Of a stretch of DNA of 64,000 nt, positions 55,050 through 64,000 are shown piece after piece. The notes beneath the pieces are model-generated. The model did no database searches. It was not told where the DNA came from and saw only the letters and a list, made by a program, of their open reading frames with translations. Numbering within the stretch: position 1 is the stretch's first letter; each line of letters begins with the position of its first letter. Position numbers and translations under genes: made by a program. Source of the DNA: Octopus vulgaris (Eukaryota); NCBI GenBank assembly GCA_951406725.2, contig OX597830.1, positions 54,746,001 to 54,810,000 on the forward strand. Reading direction: 5' to 3'.

Positions 55050-56165
55050 AATAGTAAAACTATTTGGTTAATTATTCCCTATGGGAAAAAAATTAAATCT
55101 AATCTTCCTTTGCAGTTTTGTGAAGCTATTATTAGGAATTTTCTAAAGAATTTTAGGTATTATTCTATTATCAACTCACACAGTTAGGATTGGTTTTTCC
55201 ATCACAAAAGTCTCTTGCAAATTATCTCTTCACATAATATTAACCTGTTAAATATTGACACATTTACTAATACTAACATTAATTTAGCTAATACCATTCA
55301 TCCCCCTAGAAAAATAATAACAAGGTTATTGTATCTGAAGTCAATTACAACAGAATCAAGTTTATGTCAAGTAACTCTAAAATTGAAAATTCTATATACC
55401 AGTGTAAAATTACTACTGGTAATGAAGTATTTTTTTTATATAGGAAGCTCATCTTCTCCGTTATCTAAAAGAATTTCTAATCATTACTCAACATTTAGGG
55501 ATAGGAATAAACGTAAAAGTACATGGCTTAGTAAATTTATTTGGTATCTAAAAGACCACAATAAACAATTTAATTTAGATTGATTGATTCTCTCAATATC
55601 GATACTTTATGACAAAGGCAAGGAATTATGTCTTCTCTGTAATTCTGGTTTATTTTTATTCTTTTTTCTAAAAATCTCCTTGTAAACATGGTTATAGAGC
55701 ATGCATACCAATGTAAACATTGGCAAAAACACAGCATTAGTTCATATAAGAGATATCTATCATTATATATAATTTAAACATATATTTTCTTCTTACATTT
55801 CACGTTCACTAGATATATCTTTTTCCAAGTCTATATGGTTTTATTTAATATACATATAGTTATATACTTCTCATTTATTTGGGGATTTTTTACCCCTCCT
55901 CTTTCTATACACTACCTTTCACGTTAAATCCTCTAACGTTTTTTTTAAACAAATTTAATAGCATTCAGTTAATCACTATACATATCCATCATTTTCTGTT
56001 AAAATGTCTTATTGACGAGTCTCATTTCTTCATTTCCCTGAAGAGAAGATTACATTGTTTTACACCATTTTATTCCTTTGGAATAATACCAGTGATATCT
56101 TCGAAACATGTGTCAGAAGTAAAAGAATTTGAATAACACCAGCGTTTAACTCCATTTATTTATTT
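55050..56165 (+). mobile_element. Penelope-like element 3' part (GIY-YIG endonuclease relic and terminal repeat)
   Basis: YFFYIGSSSSPLSKRISNHYSTFRDRNKRKSTWLSKFIWYLKDHNKQFNLD..LCLLC with stops and frameshifts; hammerhead motif downstream. Confidence 0.8.
56032..56120 (+). ncRNA. Hammerhead ribozyme-like motif (type I minimal, Penelope-associated)
   Basis: CTGAAGA (56038-56044), stem II gaagat/atcttc, GAAA (56103-56106), palindromic acatgt helix III, GTC triplet 56112-56114, imperfect stem I atttcc/agaagt. Confidence 0.6.
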
Positions 56166-56182
56166 ATATATATTATTAAATA

Positions 56183-56628
56183 TCTATTATATAAAATCCC
56201 CTGTGTGTGTGTGTGTCTTCTAGGATCTTGGGCATCATCCATCCGATTGCACTCAAATTTGATATGTAGATACCGACGGTATCAGGGCGCGTATAAATCT
56301 TGAAAAAATTACAAAAATCGATTCCAGGTCAGAATGTGATCGATAAAGCCGCGGGAACGTGCATTTGTACTTGCAAGTACATCAGCTGTTGCGATGTGCT
56401 TACTGATATTTAAACTCTGCGGTTGCATATTTGTGTGAATAAAATCGTTTTTCTTTGGAATAGAAAAATGTCTATCTTTATTTCTTCTTTTGCTGGTGTC
56501 TCAAATTTTTGGTTAAATCAGTGTTTCTCAAAGAGGAGGCCTATGGGACGGTCGGACAAATTTGAGAAAATTTGGTTTAAATCTTTGACAACTCAGCACC
56601 ATCCATTGGACAGGGGGCGTTTTGCTCG
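56183..56628 (+). mobile_element. Non-autonomous Helitron-like element
   Basis: Starts A|TCTATTATATAAAA, ends with a GC-rich imperfect hairpin and ctcg|t (degenerate CTAG). Confidence 0.55.
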
Positions 56629-56684
56629 TATGTATATATTTAAATATATATATATACATATATATTAAATATATATATATATAT

Positions 56685-56728
<44 letters not shown>

Positions 56729-56847
56729 TATATTAAATATGTATTATGTATATATTAAATATGTATATATATATATATGTATGTATATATATATATGTAT
56801 GTATAAAATATGTATGTATATATATAGATATATATATAAACTATGTT

Positions 56848-56888
<41 letters not shown>

Positions 56889-56975
56889 GATATGTATATA
56901 TATATTAAATATGTATGTATATATATATTAAATATGTATATATATATATACATATTTTCATGTATATATATACAT

Positions 56976-57038
<63 letters not shown>

Positions 57039-57463
57039 TACACTCACATACACACTCACACATATGTATGCACACATATATGTATTTACACTTGCATGCA
57101 TGTCTGTCTGTGTATAGATAGATAGACAGATAGACAGATATCCTTGTTTGGCTTGGTTTTAATATTTCTGTTTTGTTTTATTTTAATATTTCTTATTTTG
57201 TTTCTTATTTTGGGGTTTTTATTTTCAAATTTGAAATGGTATTATTTTATTTTTCCAATTTTAAATCCTTTAATTCCTTTTAAATCCTTTTATTCTGTTA
57301 TCCCAGAAGGCTATGGGCTTCATTCTTCTGCTTACCAAAGTATTTTGTCTCTCTTTTACATTTGCTTCTCTCTTCTATATTAAACTATCTTCTGGTCAGT
57401 ATGGATAGTTGGAACAGCTTGCTTGAAATATCTTTTTTATATTCTGTTCTGTTATTGTTCCAG

Positions 57464-57502
57464 TTAACAATTGTTCTACTGTTAATCTAAAATGAAGGAA
57501 TG
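57464..57502 (+). pseudogene. Possible degenerate fourth microexon (VNNCSTVNLK*RN)
   Basis: ttgttccag|ttaacaat start like microexons 1-3, 39 nt to g|gtgaaa, but in-frame TGA at 57493-57495. Confidence 0.25.
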
Positions 57503-59333
57503 GTGAAATACATGAGGGAAAGAATGAGTTATATTTATTTATATATGTTTATTATTTCACACTGTTATTTCTCTCGAATTCCTCATACTTACCTGATAAA
57601 TTCCTGGAAATGTTTGACCAAATCTTCAATCATGGAAATGGCAATTATTGTTGTCATCATTGCAGTTGTGCCCATGCTAGTAGGGTGCCAAGAGCACCAT
57701 CCAAGCGTGATCATTGCCAGAGTAGCCGACTGGCTTCCGTGCCAGTGGCACGTAAAAGGGCACCATTCGAGCATGATCGTTACCAAAGTCACCTTACTGG
57801 CACCTGTGCTGGTGGCATGTGTAAAAGGATTCGAGCGAGGTCATTGCCAGTACCGCCTGACTGGCCCCCGTGCCGGTGGCATGTAAAAAGCACCCACTAC
57901 ACTCTCGGAGTGGTTGGTGTTAGGAAGGGCATCCAGCTGTAGAAACTCTGCCAAATCAAGATTGGAGCCTGGTGCAGCCATCTGGTTTGCCAGCCCTCAG
58001 TCAAAATCGTCCAACCCATGCTAGCATGGAAAGCGGATGTTAAACGATGATGATGATCATCATCATCATTATCATCAGTTTTAATGTCCACTTTGCCATG
58101 TCTGCATGGATCAAACAAAATCTTTTGAAATATATTTTCTATGGCCAGATGGCCTTCCAGACATCAATTTTCACCTGTTTCCAAAGTAAGGTAATACTTT
58201 TTCCTGCATCTTTGAACTCCAGTAAGATAATGGTCAGGCTTGGTTTTTATTGGAAGATTCCAAACAAATGATACTACTTCTGTGACAGTAATGAATGTTG
58301 ATAACTATAGTACAATATTAAGACAAGAAGTCACACACATCTTATATTATAAAAGGGAAGACCATCTCCCTCTGTCTGTCCATTACAAGATATATGTGAA
58401 GGAGGAGAAGAAGGAGAGGAATCAATGGGGAGACAACCCCTGTCACAAAATATATTTAGATGGAGAGGAAAAGAAGTTGTTGTCAAGAGAGAAATACAGT
58501 AAGATAGAGAGTGTGAAAGATAGATTGATAGGTAGTGTTGTCACCATAGTAGCTAATGTGTCTGTGTTTCTCTATGCCTTTCGACATAGAGACAACGCAA
58601 CACAGAGTTTTACAAAAAACTTTCATTATAATGACAAGTTGTTGTTGAGAGAGAAATTCAGAGAGAGAGAGAGAGAGTGAATGTGTGTGTGTGTGTGATA
58701 GACAGCTAGGTAAAGTGTTGTCACCATAGTAACTAATAAGACTTTCACTGTATAACAGTCTGCTACTAAAAGAAGGTATGTGCATGAATAAGAAATATTG
58801 TTACCAGTAGCATAGTGCTGGTAGAGACCGAGTACACATAATTGTTCAACATCTATTTTACTATGATCACATGTGTTGGACGGAATTTTGTTGAGGTGGA
58901 TTCTCTATGGCTGTATGCTAACCTTTGCCTGCTTCCAAATAAGGTAGTATTTCCCCATGGAAATGAAGGATGCACTTTCATGGCAGTGAGACTTGTTAAC
59001 AATTATCATGTGATGTCAAGGCAAGGTGCTGCACTGTGGGACTGAACCTGAAATCACATGGTTGCAAAGTGAGCTTCTTAGCTAGACATCCATGTCTATC
59101 TTTACTTATTTTTTTCTTTTACTTGTTTCAGTCATTTGAATGTGACCATGCTGTAGCACCACCTTGAATTTTGTTTAGTCAAATGAATTGGCTCCAGTAC
59201 TTATTTTTTAAGCCTAGTACTTATTCCGTCAGTCTCTTTTGCCAAACTGCTACAGTGATGTAAACAAACCAACACCAGTTGTCAAGGGGTGATGGTGAGA
59301 CAAACATAGACACAAAGATACACACATAATATA

Positions 59334-60052
59334 CAGGGTGCAATGAGTAAATTATTGCCGTTTTATATATTTAATTTCATGCGTGCACATTGTTTGTTTT
59401 TGAGTTTGTTGACTACACAGTATAGTAGGGTCAGTTGGGCTCCATCTATGAGAAAAACAGCATCATAGTGTTTGGAGTGATCACTAGTGATGGCATCATT
59501 ATGCCTCCAAACATCTTACCACACGGCCTCGGACTCAACATGGAGGCCTGCATCAAGTACCTGGAGGAGGTAGTGCTGCCCTGGGTCAAGAGGGTGTCTG
59601 TTGGAAGACCCTATGTCTGGCATCCGGACTCTGCACCATGCCACATAAGCAAGAGAATCCTGTCATGACCATCAGACAATTTCTGGAACCACATCACCCC
59701 TAACATCTGGCCACCTAACTCCCTAGACTGCAACCCTCTTGATTATTATGTGTGGGGTGCATCCGAGTGAGTGACCAACAAAACTCCTTGTAATACCAAC
59801 GATCAACTGAAGGCAAGGATTATGGCAGCATTCACCAACTTAAACAAGGAAACCATTCAGAAGAGTTACAGGAGATTCCAAAGTTGTCTGGAGGCCATGG
59901 TTGAAGCCAATGGCAATTTTATTGAATAAATTTACTCTTTAGTATTTCAAGATATTTTCATGTAATTTTGGTAAATATTTCTGTTAAAATGAGATGTTAG
60001 TGTTATTTTCCTTTTTGCGTAATTTAGATGACAGTTTATTCACTGTACCCTG
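59334..60052 (+). mobile_element. Internally deleted DD37D (maT-type) Tc1/mariner element with both TIRs
   Basis: TA|cagggtgcaatgagtaaatt ... tttattcactgtaccctg|TA; DSAPCH...WPPNSLDCNPLDY with 37 residues between the last two catalytic Asp; internal stops; inserted in a family A SINE. Confidence 0.88.
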
Positions 60053-60056
60053 TATT

Positions 60057-60160
<104 letters not shown>

Positions 60161-60411
60161 TAATATGTAATGTATATACACAACAAGCTTCTTTCAGTTT
60201 CTGCCTACTAAATTCACTCAATAGGCTTTTACTTGGCTCAAGGCTAAAAACGTAAAAGACACTTGCCCAAGGTGCCACATATTGGGACTGAACCTGGAGC
60301 TATGGGGTTGGGAAGCAAGCTTCTTACCAAATAGCCAAGTCAGTGTCCTAAGTTTTTTTTTTGTTTCTTTTTGTTTTGTTTTTTAATTCATTCTATTCTT
60401 TTTAATTGCAG

Positions 60412-60980
60412 GTAATTGGACAGCATTCCGCCAGAGTGGATTCTCGTTGGACAGCTATGGAAGGTTTACAGTCTACAACTGTACTCACTTGTTCTGGGAA
60501 CAAGTACAAGATGGTAAAGATTTGGACAGCATTTGGATTGTGAAAGGAGAACATACGAAAAACAATGTCAGTAAAGAACTCCAGAAGAAAATCATAAAAA
60601 ATGTGATGGATCAACTTGCAACAACCACGCCAAAAGCAACAACACCACCAATAGCAGTAGGAACACACGTAAAAGCTAATGGATCTCAGCATTCGGTTCT
60701 ATCCTCACCGTTCCTGAAAGGCAAAAGCAGTCAGACATTGATCATCAGTCTGTCTGCTGTTGGAGGATGTATTTTAATCCTCATAACGGTCTGTATGGTT
60801 ATCAAGAGCAACAGGAATAAATCATCGCCGGTTAGTTCTTGGAATGATGGGGGTTTTGTGAAGAGGAGTTTTTATCGTAACATAAAGAATTTAGAGAATG
60901 ACATTATGTCAGAAGAACTGGACATGCATGATGGCTCGTTACCAACTTCGAAATTGCTATCTGAAAATATGGACATCTAA
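60412..60980 (+). CDS. ACP7: ACP7-like terminal exon: PAP C-domain, Thr-rich stalk, transmembrane helix, cytosolic tail
   Basis: Strong pyrimidine tract + ttgcag; (G)NWTAFRQSGFSLDSYGRFTVYNCTHLFWEQVQDGKDLDSIWIVK matches the PAP C-terminal W.A.R...YG...V.N.THL..EQ...D pattern; hydrophobic LIISLSAVGGCILILITVCMVI; stop TAA 60978-60980. Confidence 0.92.
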
Positions 60981-61193
60981 TTGATATATATATTCATACA
61001 CAGACACACACATGCATTCATAAATACACACATATTATATATGTATATACATAATATTTATATATATGTTGTATAACATATATCAACATTATATCATGTA
61101 GTTAAATAGACATATGTAATATGCATATATACATATAAAACATGCATATTTATGTATATTACATGTATGTGTTTGAGTATGTGTTTTTGTATG

Positions 61194-61224
<31 letters not shown>

Positions 61225-61849
61225 AATTAATTTTTTTTAATATAAAATTATATATATCGAACACTCAAACAATATAATGAAATATTTCCTAATGTTTTGT
61301 TGCCCCCCCACTCTCTCACTCTCTCTCTCTCCCTCTTTCTCTCTGTGTGTGTTTGTGTGTGTGTATGTAACCTGTCTCTGTCTTTCCAGCCTCTTCCATC
61401 CACCATCTTCCACTCTCACTCCTTATATCTCTTTCTTCTCTCCTCCCTCTCTGCCTGACTGACTCCTCCTTTCTCTCTCTCTCTCTCTCCACCAACCACC
61501 ACAACTCTCACCACTGCCACTACACTCACAGATAAGTGCACTAAACAACAACAACAACGTTAACAACAACAACAACATACCATCAACTCTTTCAGAACTA
61601 TAAAACCAGCAACGAGTTTTTACTTGTTATGCAAAACTCTTACCAAACAAAAATTTAAACAACAACAACAATAATTCTTTATTCATCACAAGACTGAAGG
61701 TTGAGGGAATGATACATGAATGACTTATATAAACCTGGGTGTTTCACAGAACCTGGGATTGAGGTTACAGGCCTGGGAAATACTAAGAATGGTACAAATA
61801 ACACATTGGAATAAGAGTAGATAGCTACCTGGGACTTATCAGAAAACCT

Positions 61850-63350
61850 CATAGGGTTTACGCTTACTACAAAGGGTCAGTGCTCTCCCACCTCCCCAGC
61901 TGTGGTGTTCAATCGCCAGAATCATGCTGAAAGCAGCTCCATTCATCTGAGTCATACTCACCACTCTCACTCAACTTCCAGAAAATTCACTCAATCATAG
62001 TACTCCTCTCTCCCTCTTTGTCTTTAATTTCCTCTCCAAATAGTACTTAGAGATACTGATAAGAGAGTGAAACTTTACAGATGTTGATGAGGGGTTACTT
62101 AATAATTTTGATAAAGAGGTGTAACTTTAAAGATGTCAATAAAAGTATAGAGAGGGGCTGGGGTTAGGGGTGTTAGGTCATCACTGGTCTTGTTTTTCCT
62201 CTTCACTTCACCGCATATTCATACCTCAATCTCTTTTTCTCTTCTTCATTGATTGATGAAGAGACAGAGGAGAAGGACATCAGTATGTCACTGTTGTGCC
62301 ATTTGGGCTAGTGGTGGCACTTCTGTGCCACTGACCACTCTTTGGTCAGTGGTTGTGCTAGTGTAGCTGACCCCGTCTGCTGTTGCATTTGGTTGGGATA
62401 TTACCACAGTTATTGTCATTTGTGATGTTTTAATGGCTGTGGTTTTGACAACAAATAGGGGCTGAGGGTTTCCCCATCTTTTGCCTATCTTCAGTACTGT
62501 GGGTCTGAATTCACACGTCTGTGCAACAGAATCAGCACAACATAGTCCTCCTACCCTCACCACAATTCTGACTTGATTCTCCCTCTTGAAATAAATTAGA
62601 TCAAATATCTTCAAGGGGTTTATAAGGGCGAGTAATTTCCATATTTCTCTCTGAACTTTAAATCAGTTCTGACAGGAGATCATCTTGGACTCAATGACTT
62701 AGCCATACTCCTTGAAGCCCCACTACTAGAAAAATTACATCTGTGAGGTAGCACATAATTTATTGTAACATCTGTCTCATTACTCTATGTAGGATACCAG
62801 AACACACCCTTCAAAGGAGGATAATATAGATACAAGCCTTCAATGGGACACAAAACCTATGCCAACCTATATTTTCTCTCTTTTTTTTTTCTTTTCATCT
62901 TTCACATAGCACCCCATACATTTTTCAGACATTTTCACTTGTATTGGAGAAAACTTACTGATGTGTTTTGGTTTTTGCTAATTAAATTTGTAAAGAATTT
63001 CTGTTTCTCTTTTATATCCACCGCTAGCAAAACAAGCATATCAGGTTAGATAATGCCTGGGTCTTGAAAATTTCTTTATTTACTGACAATTGTTCTGTCC
63101 ATAACTATGTGGATTCAGAGAACAAAAAGGTCTAATTAATGGTGGATTTTCGTAAACAAGATGGCCTTGAGTACACTGTTGTTTATGATGGTGGAGGTAT
63201 TGCTCCTGCTACTAGCTGGTCTAGCGGTCACCTCTGTTGTTGTTGTCATTGTTATCAAGGATGACAGTAACAGTGATTATTATATGGTTAAATGTGGTGG
63301 GACTTTTTTTGGTGAAGAGTATCCTCCCTTGTCCCTTAATGCCGGTGGCA
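61850..63350 (-). mobile_element. Possible highly degraded LINE ORF1-type relic
   Basis: Non-microsatellite, protein-like broken frames (e.g. KIFDLIYFKRENQVRIVVRVGG followed by a Cys cluster); no intact motif. Confidence 0.25.
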
Positions 63351-64000
63351 CTTAATTAAAAAAATTCTTTTTTGTAAGCAAGATAAATACAAGAACTTTA
63401 AACAATGTTTTACTCCTTAAGGCGATGGAAACCAGGAAATTACCATTCTGTCCTGCTCTCAGGCAAATCTATAAGAAAATGTTCCACAACAATTAAAAGC
63501 ATTAAGTCCTTGTTAGGACAAAACTAACAATCTTATTCACAAAAACCCATAGATCTGCACAATTCCATCATGCTTAGAATATAAAACAAATAATAATAAT
63601 AATAATAATGATCCTTCGTACTAAAAGCACAAGGCCTGAAATTTTTTTGTGGGTGGGGGACTAGTTGGTAACATCGATCTCAGCGTTAATTACTCACAAA
63701 CATATTTCTCCTCATGCCTTTTGAGTACTGAAAGTGTAGCAGACTCAGAATATTTTATGAGAATATGCACTTTCAAGTCTTTTTCAAAATTGCAGCCATT
63801 TGAAGGTAAAATGTTTGGCAAGTTCTGTCGAACTACTGTTATTGTGCCCAGTGTCATATCTGTGCCCATTAAATATTTTGTTTAATTGTTTAATTGTTCT
63901 GTATAGCCAACATAAATCAAGTTGTGTTTGGTGCCTTATGCTGCATACACCAAATGGAAATCTCTGTAATTTTGAATTTCTACGTATCACTTTTCATTTT

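Noticed and set aside
60402-60692. Antisense 96-aa ORF over the last exon
   Set aside because: Shadow ORF of the real coding strand; no motif.

Overview
AT-rich, microsatellite- and retroelement-dense eukaryotic DNA. The SINE families and (AT)n/(AC)n/(ATT)n content suggest a cephalopod (Octopus-like) genome; this is inference. One host gene can be rebuilt on the + strand: an acid phosphatase type 7 / purple acid phosphatase (ACP7-like) with eight phase-compatible exons at 27007-27215, 29287-29376, 31160-31309, 32322-32397, 37215-37335, 40048-40245, 45852-46045 and 60412-60980. All PAP metal-ligand motifs are intact. The start/signal-peptide exon was not confidently located. Main unusual points: (1) the last exon adds a Thr-rich stalk, a transmembrane helix and a cytosolic tail with a YxxPhi motif; (2) the 14-kb last intron holds three paralogous frame-preserving microexons (39/39/42 nt), each with a GC donor and two or more N-glycosylation sequons, plus a possible fourth 39-nt copy with an in-frame TGA; (3) introns carry Penelope-type hammerhead ribozyme motifs and several long inverted repeats. 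The rest is transposon debris (DD37D mariner-like, piggyBac-like, Helitron-like, MITEs, CR1-like, RTE, Tx1-like, R4/Dong-like, Penelope, tRNA-derived SINEs) and simple repeats. Most ORFs in the supplied track are microsatellite artefacts. All calls were made by eye; no searches were run, and repeat boundaries are approximate.
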